DNA from: Hyaloraphidium curvatum SAG 235-1
Lineage: Eukaryota; Fungi; Monoblepharomycota
Length of the DNA: 64,000 bases
Assembly: GCA_025558095.1 (NCBI GenBank)
Contig: JAIVFI010000024.1
Coordinates: 558,001 to 622,000, forward strand
Reading direction: 5' to 3'
The position numbers and the translations under genes are program-made. Of the stretch, positions 31,570 to 43,606 are shown piece after piece (the stretch's first letter is position 1; the number at the start of each line of letters is the position of its first letter). Under the pieces are notes generated by a model. That model made no database searches. It was not told the DNA's origin and was given only the letters and a program-made list of their open reading frames with translations.

Positions 31570-33527
31570 ATGGGCACGGTGAAGCTGTCGGTCAAATGGG
31601 CCGGCAAGAAGGTCCGCCGCCCCGCCGTCGCGCGTTTGCATTCGCTGACGGCCCGGCAGTTCGACGACGTCGAGGTCGACACGTCGGCGCCCGGCGCGGC
31701 GTTCAAGGCGCAGCTCTTCTCGCTGACCGGCGTGCCGCCCGAGCGCCAGAAGGTCATGGTCAAGGGCGGGCTGCTCAAGGACGACGCGGACATGGCCAAG
31801 CTGGGGCTCAAGGAGGGCCAGGTGCTCATGATGATGGGCACCGCAGGGGAGCTGCCGTCCGAGCCGCCGGCAAAGACGCTGTTCGTGGAGGACATGACGG
31901 ACGCGCAGCTCGCGCAAGTGGTGGGTCCGGGCGCGTCGGGGCCGGGACCTGGCGGGGCGGGCCGGGCGACGCGGCGAGCAAGGACGCGTCCTGCCCGCGT
32001 GCCCGCTGCCAGATCTCTGCTTTCGGGGCCGCAAATGGACTCTTTTCTGATTGCCGGATTTCATCAACCAGCTGGAAGTGCCGTCTGGACTCGTGAACCG
32101 TGGGTGAAGACCGTCCCATCGCTGTCGCCTGGAGTCCGACCGCTCCTCTCCAGTCGGAAACACCTGCTACCTCAACTCCACGCTACAATCCCTCCGCGCC
32201 ATCCCCGAGCTCGCCACCTCCCTCTCCCACGCCAACGCCTCGCTGGGGATGGACAACCGGAAGAACATCCCCCCCGCGCTGCGGCAGCTCTACGCCGAGC
32301 TCGGCAAGACCGCCTCGGCGGTGCCCCCCCTGGTGTTCTTGCAGGTCCTCCGCGGGGCGTTCCCGCAGTTTGCCGAGCAGGGGCGGGGGGGATACGTCCA
32401 GCAGGACGCCGAGGAGGTCATGACGTCGATCCTCAACTGCCTCAAGGACGGCGCGCCGGGGCTCAACGAGGACGGGACCCCGGTAAAGGACCGGAGCTTC
32501 GTCGAGCAGTACATGACGGGGGAGTACCTGCGCACCCTGAAGTGCGATGAGGCGCCCGAGGAGCCCGAAACGGAGAGCAGGGAGAGCTTCGTCAAGATGG
32601 CCGTGAACATTTCGGGAGGAGGTGGCGTCGCCGCGCTCTTCGCCGGCGGATTTCCGGGCTGACTGGACCTGCGGCGTCAGTCGTCACCTACATGACCCAG
32701 GAGATCCAGCAGTCGCTCGTGGAAAAGATCGAGAAGCAGTCGCCGACGCTGGAGCGGATGGCCACCTACACCCAGACAAGCCGGATCTCCCGGCTGCCCA
32801 AGTACCTGACCTTCCAGTTCATCCGCTTCCAATGGAAGGCGACGGAGCGCGTGCGGGCAAAGATCCTGAAGGCAAGCCTTGACATGGGCATCGCCGATGT
32901 CCGCGCTCACCGTGGTTCTGAACAGCGGGTCAAGTTCCCGTTCGAGCTGGACATGACCCCGTACGTCACCCCGGAGCTCCTCAAAAAGATGATCCCGGCC
33001 CGTGATCGGCTTCGCGAGGTGGAGGAGAAAAAGGAGGCCGAAGCCAAGGCCGTGAGTCGGCTTCCGCGGGCTTCCGTGACCAAAGCTCATCTCCTTTGGC
33101 AGCGCAAGTCCAAGCTTGACCAGGCCCCCGCGACCAACGGCACCAACGGTTCTGCGATGGAGGTCGACGCCGCGCCCAAAAGGTCGGAGCGCGAGGTCAT
33201 GGCGGAGCTGGGCCTGGACGCGGACCTCGCGGCCGATGTGGGCTCGTGCGTCCACGGGCAGTACGAGCTCATCGCCGTCATCACGCACCTCGGGAGGACC
33301 GCGGACGGCGGCCACTACATCGCCTGGGTCAAGAAAGGCGGCGACGAGTGGCGTGAGTTCTTACTAGGCCGCCTCGCGAGGCGCTGGCTCACAGTGTGCC
33401 CGCCGCAGACAAATTCGACGACGACAAGGTGTCCGTCGTCAAGTCGGACGAGATTCCGAAGCTGGAGGGCGGCGGCGAGTACCATTCCGCCTATATCGTG
33501 CTCTATCGCGCCCGCACTTTGGAGTAG
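31570..33527 (+). CDS. UBP6: proteasome-associated ubiquitin carboxyl-terminal hydrolase (Ubp6/USP14)
   Basis: N-terminal UBL (FKAQLFSLTGVPPERQKVMVKGG), Cys box GLVNL|GNTCYLNS, QQDAEE, His box GRTADGGHYIAW; multi-exon. Confidence 0.95.
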
Positions 33528-33620
33528 AGCTTCGACGTTCTCTATCGCCGATCACTGCAGCGTCTAAGTCCAAGACCTGTCCAAGACCACGAATTACAAA
33601 AGACTTAGAGTAAAGGCACC

Positions 33621-36600
33621 TCACTCAAGGTGCCGCACGTCCAGGTCGGAAAGGAGGACCTTCTGCATCACCTCCACCTTCGACGCCAGGCCCTGCACAA
33701 AGTCATCCGACCCCGCCTGGCCCACCACGTTGTTCAGGAGCACGCGAATACCGCGCACGAGCTTCCTGGCGTCCTTCAGCTGCTTTTCCAAAGCCTTGTT
33801 GCGCCGGCGCAGGATGTCCTCGGCGCTCGGTTCCTCGGGCGCCGGCGCCTCCTCCGCGGGCGCTGGCCAGGCGTCCTGCACGACGGCTTCCTCCAAATCC
33901 CTCGGCTTCAAGACCAGCGAAGCCAGCCTCGGATCCGATTCGAGTGCGCCTGGCAGCTTCACCTCCAAAACGGGCGATCGGGTTTCCAAGCCGTACAGAT
34001 CGCCTTCGCCTCCAAGCGTGACAGCCGAAACAGATTGCTGAAGGAAGGCACCGCGGGGTCCCGAAATCCTGGCATCGTCGGTCGAACCATCGACCGGATC
34101 GCCTCCGTCTCCCAGGGCGGCCTCTGCCAATTCCACGACGGCAGCCTCCAGATCCTCCGGGTCAATAATGAGAATGGTGCTCGCGGGGTCCGCCGGGCCA
34201 AAATCGAGGCCAGGAGAGTCCGACAACGGCTCGAGCGACCGGGCCCCGGCCACACCGAGCCGGCCTCCGGCCGCGTCCAGCTGCGCCGCCAGTTTCTCGA
34301 TCAGGCCGATGAGCGGTCCTTCGAGCCGCGAGTAGGTGGTGAACTGCTGGAGCCGGGCCTTGATCAGGCCCACAGAAGCATCGACGAGCATGGACACCGT
34401 CGGACTGTCATCCGTGGCCAGAAGAGCCTCGGCCCTGTTTGGGAATGCGATCAGAAAAAGGAGGATCGCTGAAATCGTGGCCAACTTACCGGAATCCTTC
34501 AAAGAGCTCGCTGCTCTCCAGGACGTTGGCCACCCTCTGCAGCGTAGATGTCTGGAAGCCAGTTAGTTTCGGCGCTGGACCGCCCGCAGCCGGCACTCCG
34601 TTGGCCTGCAGGTCCTCAATGGCACGGTTCTGCGAGGCAATCTCCTTGACAGCCTCGAGGAAGATGTCCTTGAGCTCGCCGACCGAAGACCGCAGGGCAG
34701 CGAGGCGCCGCGAAACGGCTGGCGGGTGGCTACCCGATTCCAGGGCGTCCAAAAGAGCGTCGAGGCGCTGCAGCCTGATGGCTACGTCGATGGGGCCGTC
34801 GGACTCGTCAGCGGCCGGCTCGGACGGCTGGTCGTCGTCCGGTTGCACGTCTGCGCCGTCGGGTTGCTCGTCCGCCTCCTCGGGTTCGTCGGCGCCGAGC
34901 GTCTTGACCGCGTCCAGTTCCGCCTCTAGCTCTTCGATCTTCTGGTCCTTTTTGGCCAGCTCTTCAGCGGCCTCGAGCAACATGCCCTTTAGCTCTTCCA
35001 CGCCGGCCTTGACCGCCGCAACCTGTCGTGCCGGGGCATCGTTTGCCGGAGAGAGCTTGGCCTCCAGGCCACGGATGCGTTCGGCAACCGTCTTTGGCTC
35101 AGAGCTCTCTGCGACGGCGAGGGGCTGGGCAGCCGCTTCGAGCTCCGCGACCCGAGTTTCCGCGTCCTTCAGAGTCTTTTGGAGCTTGTCCACCTCGCGG
35201 CGGAGGTGGTTGCTGGCGACGAGTAGCCCGCTCAGCTCGATCTTTGTCCGATCCAGCTCTTTGGTCTTCTCCTCGAGCGCACCGCGAAGCTCGCTGTTGG
35301 TCTCGAAAGCGAGCTGCGCCTCGTCAAGCAGAACGTTGATGTACCGCTTGCGTGAGGCCAGTTGGACTTCCGTCGCTGCGAGCTTGGACGCCAGGTCCTC
35401 GGATGGAGGGTCAGCATTGGCCGAGGCCCCCTCGGCTGCGAGCTCGGTGACCGTCTCATCGAGCACTGGCTCGTCCGCTGAAGGAAGCGACCTGGTCGAA
35501 GTCTCGGCCAGCTCCAAGACCGGTGCGGCGGCGGCTCCCCTGAGCTTGTTGTACTCGTGCCGGAGGTAGTTGACCCCGACCTCGAGCCCGTTCATCTTTG
35601 CCTTTGCCGTCCGTAGCTCCGCGTTCTTTGCCTCCAGTTCCGCCTGCAGTCCTTCGACCGTCGCCCCCGACTCGTGCGCCTCGTCCAGGAGCACGTTTAT
35701 GTAGCGCTTCCGCGAGGCGAGCTGCGCCTCGGTGTCCGCGAGCTTGGCCTCGGTTTCGGCAAGCTTTGCGCTGAGGTCATCGGAGGGAAGGGCAGCTGGT
35801 GCTGGGGTTGCCGACGCGGAGACATCGGCTTCCCGCAGCTTGCCGTACTCGTGCCGGAGGTAGTTCACCCCAACTTCCAGCCCGTTCAGCTTTGCTCTCG
35901 CCGTCCTCAGTTCCGCACTCTTGGCATCGAGCTCCGCCTGAAGCCCGTCGACTTTGGAAGCCGACTCGTGAGCTTCATCCAGCAGCACGTTGATGTACCG
36001 CTTGCGCGATGCCAGTTGGGCCTCCGTTTCGGCGAGTTTCGACGCGAGGTCGTTGGTCGGAGCAGCGCCCTTGAGCTTGCCGTACTCGTGCCTGAGATAG
36101 TTTACGCCGACCTCCAGACCCGCAAGCCGCGCCTTGGTCGTCCGCAGCTCTGTCTTCGCCTCGGCAAGCTCGGCCTTGGCGGCTGCGAGCTCGGTATCCC
36201 TCTCGTCCAGCACGAGCTCGCCCGCTGAAGGAAGTGACCTGGTCGAAGTCTCGGCCGGCTCCGAGACCGGTGCGGCGGCAGCTTCCCTTAACTTGTTGTA
36301 CTCGTGCCGCAGGTAGTTGACGCCGACTTCGAGCCCGGCAAGGCGGGCCTTGGTCGTACGCAATTCGGCGTTCTTGGCCTCGAGCTCCGCCTGCAGGCCC
36401 TCGACCTTCGCCCCCGAGTCGTGGGCCTCGTCGAGGAGGACGTTGATGTAGCGTTTGCGCGAGCCAAGCTGGGCCTCGACTTCCGCCAGCCTCGGTGGCA
36501 GATCCTCAGCAGCCGCCGAAGCGGTGCCTTCCTTGAGCTTGTTGTATTCGTGGCTGTGACGGGGCAGTAAGTCATCCCGCCAGAGGCCTTCGACGCATGT

Positions 36601-39600
36601 CAAGCCATACCGGAGGTAGTTGACCCCGACATCAAGCCCGTTTAGCTTTGCGCGTGCCGTCCGAAGCTCGGAGTTCTTGACGTCGAGCTCCGAGCGTAGT
36701 TCGGCGATCATCTCGGCGGATTGCTGCGCTTCGTCCAGGAGCACATTAATGTAGCGCTTGCGCGACGCCAATTGTGCTTCGATGTCGGCCAGCTTCTGTG
36801 CCAGATCGTCCGAAGGAGCAGGGCCAACCGATTCGGACTTCAGCTTGTTGTATTCGTGTCTGCAAGAATCCGATGAGCCATTCAAGAACAGAACGAAACG
36901 ATGGTCACCCGCACCGCAAGTAGTTCACGCCGACTTCCAAGCCGGCGAGCCTGGCCTTCGTCGTCCTCAGTTCTGCCTTCGCAGCCGAAAGCTCGTCCTG
37001 CTCTGCAATCGGCACGTCCCGCGAGGCCTGCGCCCCCACACTCTCCTCCGGCTCCACGGGAGTCGGCTCCTGCACCGTCATGGACTCTGGAGCCTGCTTG
37101 AGCTTCGCGTACTCGTGCCTGAGGTAATCCACGCCGACTTTGAGCCCGTTGAGCTCGCCGCGGGTCGTGCGGAGCTCCACATTCTTCGCTTCCAGCTCGG
37201 AGCGCAGAGCCTGGATCGTCTCGGCCGAGTCCTGCGCCTCGTCGAGCAATACGGAGAGATAACGCTTCCGCGACGCAAGCTGGGCCTCGGTCGCCGCAAG
37301 CTTGGCAGGCAGATCCTCGACGGGGGGAGCAACCGACATGGTATCTTGCTCCGCCGTCGAGGCCTCCGGAATCGAACGAGCTTCCGTGGGCACACCACCT
37401 GTCGCCTCCTTGAGCTGGTCCTGCAGCTTGCGGTACTCGTGCCGCAGGTAGTCGACGCCGACCTTGAGGCCGTTGAGCTCTGCCCGGGTGCGACGCAGTT
37501 CGGCCTTCCGATCGTCTAGCTCCCGCATCAGGTCTGCGTTTGCGCCGACGGCGTTCTGAGCTTCGTCCAGGACCTGAGCCAGTTGAGCCTTCAGCGACGA
37601 CAGCTCCACTTTCGTCGCCTCGAGCTGGCCTTCGGCCTCTGCGAGCTTCAGCTTCGCATCGTCCTCGCCCGAAGGCGTGGCCTCCTTGAGCTTGTTGTAC
37701 TCGTGCCGCAGGTAATTGACACCGACTTCCAGGCCGGCTAGGCGGGCCCGGGTGGTGCGGAGCTCGTCCTTGGTTGCCCCCAGCTCGGCCTCCTTCTCGG
37801 ACAACGCGGAATCGCCAGATCCAATGTCTGACGCGGGGAACGCCCTTTCCGAGCCCTCGGTTGGAGCCGACGTCGACTGTGCCTCCTTGAGCTTGCCGTA
37901 CTCGTGCCTCAGGTAGTTCACGCCGACCTCAAGGCCATTCAGCTTGGCCCGAGCGGTGCGGAGCTCAGCGTTCCTTGCCTCCAGCTCAGCCTGGAGTTCC
38001 TCGACTTTCGCCGCCGACTCATGAGCTTCATCGAGGAGCACGTTGATGTACCGTTTGCGCGAGGCGAGCTGGCCTTCGGTTTCGGTGAGCTTGGAAGCGA
38101 GGTCATCCGCCAGCGGTGCAGTTGCGTCTTTGAGCTTGGCATACTCGTGCCGCAGGTAGTTGACTCCGACCTCCAGCCCCGCTAGCCGCGCTTTGGTCGT
38201 CCGCAGCTCCGCCTTGGCGTCGTCAAGCTCGACGTTCTTGGCGTCCAGCTCGGCACTCCGGGCGTGCACTACGGTACGCAGCGCCTCGATCTCCTCGGCG
38301 GAGCCCTGCGCCTCGTCCAGCAGCACGTTGATGTACCGCTTCCGCGATGCCAGCTGCGCCTCGGTTTCCGCGAGCTTGGCTTCCGCCTCGGCGAGCCTCG
38401 TCTCCGCATCTTCCGAGGGCGAAACGGCGGAGGCCGACTCCCTGAGTTTGGCATACTCGTGCCTCAGGTAGTTGACGCCGACCTCCAAGCCCGCCAACCG
38501 TGCCCTTGTCGTCCGCAGCTCGGCCTTGGCGTCCGCGAGCTCGGCTCGAGCGGTCGCGAGTTCGAGCTCCGTGTCCGCCGCCGCGAACTCGTCGGCCGAG
38601 GGGACCGAACTTGTCGATGCCTCGGCCTGGTCCCGAACGGCGGCGGGCGCAACATCCTTGAGTTTGCTGTACTCGTGCCTGCCGCGGCCCGATGTCAGCT
38701 TCCATTGACGAATGGGCCACGCAGACGGCTCCTACCCACCTCAAGTAGTTGACCCCGACCTCGAGCCCATTCAGCTTGGCCTTCGCAGTTCGCAGATCGG
38801 CCTTGGCGTCGGCAAGCTCGGCGTTCTTCGCCTCCAGCTCCGCCCGGAGCCCCTCGACCGTGGACCCGGACTCGTGCGCCTCGTCCAGCAGCACATTGAT
38901 GTAGCGTTTCCTGGATGCCAGCTGTGCCTCGGTTTCGGCGAGCTTCGTCGCCAGGCCCTCCGCCGGCGCCGCCTCCTTCAGCTTGGCGTACTCGTGCCGC
39001 AGGTAGTTCACGCCCACTTCCAGCCCGGCCAGGCGGGCCTTGGTCGTCCGCAGCTCGGCCTTGGCGTCCGCGAGCTCGGCTTTCGCGGCCGCAAGCTCGT
39101 CCTCCTGCTCCGCCGGCGCGGGGGCATCCTCTGCGGGCAGCGACCTGCTCGACGTCTCGGCCGGGTCCCAGACGGGCGCGGCCGCGGCATCCTTGAGCTT
39201 GCCGTACTCGTGCCTAATGAAACGTGATCGGTGATCCTTGATCCTCATTAATGAATCGGGCGCCGCTCACCTGAGGTAGTAGACCCCGACCTCGAGACCG
39301 TTCAGCTTGGCCTTGGCACTCCGGAGCTCGGCCCTGGCGTCGGCAAGCTCCGCACTCTTCGCCTCCACTTCCGCCCGGAGCCCCTCGACGGTCGCCCCCG
39401 ACTCGTGCGCTTCGTCGAGGAGCACGTTGATGTAGCGTTTCCTGGATGCCAGCTGTGCCTCGGTTTCGGCGAGCTTCGTCGCGAGGTCCTCCGCCGGCAC
39501 CGCCTCCTTGAGCTTGCCATACTCGTGCCGCAGGTAGTTCACGCCCACTTCCAGCCCGGCCAGGCGGGCCTTGGTCGTCCGCAGCTCGGCCTTGGCGTCC

Positions 39601-41868
39601 GCGAGCTCGGCTTTCGCGGCCACGAGCTCAGCATCCCTCTCGTCGAGCATGGGCTCGTCCGCCGAAGGAAGCGACCTGGTCGAGGTTGCGGCCGGCTCCG
39701 AGACGGAAGCGACGGCCGCTTCGCTGAGCTTGTTGTACTCGTGCCGCAGGTAGTTGACGCCGACCTCGAGCCCGGCCAGGCGGGCCTTGGTCGTCCGCAG
39801 CTCCGCGTTCTTTGCCTCCAGCTCCGCCTGCAGCCCCTCGACCTTGGCCCCCGACTCGTGAGCCTCGTCCAGGAGCACGTTGATGTATCTCTTCCTGCTC
39901 GCAAGCAGCGCCTCGGTTTCGGCGAGCTTAGCACCTCCGGCTTCCGCCGCGGCGCGCCTCTCCACGAGCTCCGCGTTCCTGGCATCAAGCTCCTTGCGCA
40001 GCTCCTCGACCGTCGAACCGGACTCGTAAGCCTCGTCGAGGAGCACGTTGATGTAACGCTTGCGCGACGCCAGCTGCGCTTCGGCCTCGGCAAACTTGGC
40101 CTCGAACTCGGCGAGCTTCGCCTCCGTCTCCGCGACCCTCGCACCCGCGTCGTCGGCCGGCACCGCCTCCTTGAGCTTGCCGTACTCGTGCCTGAGGTAG
40201 TTAACGCCCACTTCCAGCCCGGCCAGGCGGGCCTTGGTCGTCCGCAGCTCGGCCTTGGCGTCCGCGAGCTCGGCTTTCGCGGCCGCAAGCTCGTCCTCCT
40301 GCTCCGCCGGCGCGGGGGCATCCTCTGCGGGCAGCGACCTGCTCGACGTCTCGGCCGGGTCCCAGACGGGCGCAGCCGCGGCATCCTTGAGCTTGCCGTA
40401 CTCGTGCCTAATGAAAAGTGATCGGATCCTTGATCCTCATTAATGAATCGGGCGCCGCCCACCTGAGGTAGTTGACGCCGACCTCGAGACCGTTCAGCTT
40501 GGCCTTGGCACTCCGGAGCTCGGCCTTGGCGTCGGCAAGCTCCGTGCTCTTGGCCTCCAGCTCCGCCCTCAGCCCCTCCACCATCGCCCCCGACTCGTGC
40601 GCCTCGTCCAGCAGCACGCCGACGTACCGCTTCCTGCCCGCCAGCTGCGCCTCGGTCGCGGCGAGCCTGGCCTCGAGCTCCACGAGCTCCGCGTTCCGGG
40701 CGTTCAGCTCCGCGCGCAGCCCGTCGACCGTCGCGCCGGAATCGTGGGCTTCGTCGAGGAGCAGGTTGATGTACCGCTTGCGCGAGGCGAGCTGGGCTTC
40801 CGTCTCGGCGAGCTTCGCCGCGAGGTCCGGCGCGGGCGCAGAGGCCCTGAGCTTGCCGTACTCGTGCCGGAGGTAGTTCACCCCCACTTCCAGCCCGTTC
40901 AGCTTGGCTTTCGCCGTCCGCAGCTCGGCCCTGGCCTCCCCGAGCTCGGCATCCTTCGCCTCCAGCTGGGCCAGCAGCCCGTCCACGCTCGCCCCCGCCT
41001 CGTGCGCCTCGTCCAGCAGCACGTTGATGTAGCGCTTCCTGCTCGCGAGCTGCGATTCGGCGTCCCCGCGGCGCGCCTCGGATTCCGCGAGCCGCGAGCG
41101 GAGGTCCGCCAGCTCGGCCTCGGCGCCCGCGAGCTCGGCCTCGCGCTCCGCTACCGCGGGGGAGGGGTATGTCGCGGCGGGTCCGGGAGGCGCGGCGCGG
41201 ACGGGCGCCGCGGCGCCGTACTGCAGGTCCCACAGCCTGCCCTCGACCCCGGACACGAGCTTCCTTATCCCCCTCTCGTCGTTCGGGCTCCCGAGCACCC
41301 CGTCCGCCTCGTCCTTGGAGACCAGCCCGGCGCCGACGAGGGCGCCGAGCAGGCCGGAAGCCAGGCGGCGGAGGAGGACCGATTGCAGCTCCGCGGATTC
41401 GCGCAGCGCGATTTCGAGGTGCAGCCGGTCGGTCGGCGTCGGGATGTCGGAGGAGGGAGGGGTCGGTGGGGGCTGCGAGGAGGCCGTGGGCCAGACGAAG
41501 ATCTGGTCGTCAAAGGGGGTGCCCTGCTCCTGTGCCTGGGCCGGCCCCTGCAGGGCGAGGAACGGATCCGCGGCGGGGATCGGGATCGCCGCCGAGAACG
41601 GGTCCGGGTGCGCGGGATCGTGCGGGTGCGGCACCGCGGCCGGCATCGCGAGGTCGGCGATCAGCGGCGCGCCCGGGTGGGCCTCGGCGTCGTGGTGCTC
41701 GACGAACGACTGCAGCAGCGACGTCGAGCCCAGCCGCTGGAACGCGGAGGAGGGAGGACGCATGGCCGGGTGCGAGGCGAGGAGCGAGTCGAACGGTGAG
41801 GGGGCGAGGGAGGGGGAGAGGGAGGGCGAGAGGGACGGCGGGTCGGGCGGCGGGCCGGACTCGCTCAT
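33621..41868 (-). CDS. giant coiled-coil repeat protein (>2,500 aa)
   Basis: about 20 copies of ...LEVGVNYLRHEYxKL alternating with LASRKRYINVLLDEA; frames joined by six GT-AG introns; first in-frame ATG at 41868, but the frame is open upstream to about 42390, so the start is uncertain. Confidence 0.75.
38990..40620. repeat. recent intragenic direct duplication (offset about 1,194 bp) that includes an intron
   Basis: about 38990-39420 vs about 40185-40615 are near-identical, including introns 39214-39270 and 40408-40462. Confidence 0.85.
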
Positions 41869-42494
41869 GGAGCGCGGGCGCGGGTGCGACGGGCGGGGTG
41901 GCCGCAGGTCCAGGGAGGAGTGCGAGCGCGCGGTGCGGGGCAGGCCCGGCGGGGGCGCGAGGGAGGCGTTGCTCGATGAGCGGTGCAGGGGCGCGAGCCG
42001 CGGGGGGCTGCCGGGGGCGTGCGGGTGCGGCTGGCGCACAGCCAGAGGCGGGAGTGCCGATGACCCGAACACCGGCGGGCGGAACTGAACCGCAAGCCGC
42101 GGGGCGGCGTTGGCGGGCCGCGCGGCAACGAGCCGCGGCCGCGGGGGTGCCGGCTGCGGCCGCCGCTCGCCCTCCTGCCGCCGCTCGCCCTCGTCGTCGA
42201 CCGGCGGCGGCCCGGCCTCGGACTCGGCGGGGGTAGCCGTGGCGCCCGGAGCGCGTGTGCCCGCGATGCGGCGCGGGGGACTGTAGCCGGGGTCCGCGGC
42301 GTGGGCGGTCCAGTCAGGGTCTATCACCCTCCGATCAGCCGGCCGACTTGGCGCCTCGGGCACCGAAGGCAGCTTCCAAGGTTCAGATATTCATCCGCAG
42401 CATACCCGGCACCCACCCCCGCCGCCGCGGCACGCGTGGCCCCCGTCCACGCCGCGCGATCGCCGGCCGACCCGCCCGCCGCCCCGTGGCCCCG

Positions 42495-43492
42495 CTAGGA
42501 ACCCCCCTGCTGCGCCGCCCTCGACAGCAGCAGCTCCGCCGCCGCATTCGGATCGTTCTCCGCCTCCCTCAGCGCAGCCACCGCCGCATCCCTCCCGAAC
42601 CCCATGGCCACCAGGAACCCGACCTGCTGCGGATCCGGCGGCGGCCTCGCGCTCGCCGGCTGCGCGGGGGGTTCCGCCGACGCGTGGCTCGGCGCCGTGC
42701 CGCGGGGCACGCGGGACGAGTCGAGGAGCGGGAGGAGGGAGGAGGAGGCCCAGGCGCGGAGGCGCGGGGGGAAGCGCCACTTCGTGACCGCCTCGGGGAG
42801 GAGGAACTTGTAGGCCAGCCCGGCGGCCAGCCCGCACGCCGAGGAATAGAGCGACGCGGGGTAGTTGGACAGCGCGAGCTGCACCCGATCTGCGGTCAGC
42901 CCCGTCGCGTCCCCTCGGTTCCAGGGCAAGAAACCCACCTGCACCCCGACCACGCACGGGAACCACTTATCCCCCACCCCGACCCCCCCTATCCTTACCC
43001 GATAAGTCGCCGGCACCTCGGCCAGGTAGAGCACCAGCGCCCCCAGCGCGACGCCGTACGGCCCCGGCGCCACCCCCGCCGCCGGCCGCGCGGCGAGCAG
43101 AAACGAGAGCTCCAGCGCGCAGGTGAGCGCCGTGACCACGGCCGCGAAGGCTGTTCCGCGACGGGCGGGAGGGATGCACGGTTGTCAGACGCGACCGGGA
43201 CGGCGGCCGGGGGAGACCCACAGCAGAACCGCGCCGAGCTGCCCGTCCTCTCCGCGACCCGCCCCTGGTTGTACACCAGCAGCCCGCCCCACAGCACCTC
43301 GGGCGCGCTGCGGAACGCGACCTGGCTCGTCACCAGCCGCCACAGCTGCAGGTCGCGGAGGAGGTGCGGCCACGCGGAGAGGTGCAGCAGGTGCCGCCCG
43401 CCGAACGCGCCCGCGGCGACGGAGGAGGTGACGCAGAGGAGGAGGAGGGATTTGACGGCGGGCGCGCCGGTGAAGCCCGCGGCGGCGGACAT
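42495..43492 (-). CDS. rhomboid-like pseudoprotease with C-terminal UBA domain (UBAC2/Dsc2-like)
   Basis: GFTGAPAVKSL, QLWRLVTSQVAF, VAERTGSSARF and GPYGVALG motifs; UBA QVGFLVAMGFGRDAAVAALREAENDPNAAAELL; two introns. Confidence 0.85.
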
Positions 43493-43606
43493 CGCGTCGC
43501 GTGGCAGCCAAGGGGAGAACAGGACTCGGAAAGGGATCCGTCACGCAGTGCTCGGTTCGATCAGCTCCATGCGCATCTGGGTTCCGATCCGGCGACAATG
43601 CACCCT

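Noticed and set aside
34435-34502. Apparent frameshift or separate gene at the end of the coiled-coil protein
   Set aside because: Explained by a canonical GTAAGT...CAG intron (about 34435-34489) joining FEGFR|AEALL
41869-42495. Read-through fusion of the UBAC2-like gene to the giant coiled-coil gene
   Set aside because: It would need stop read-through plus a weakly supported intron; an ATG-less open frame is unremarkable at this GC content
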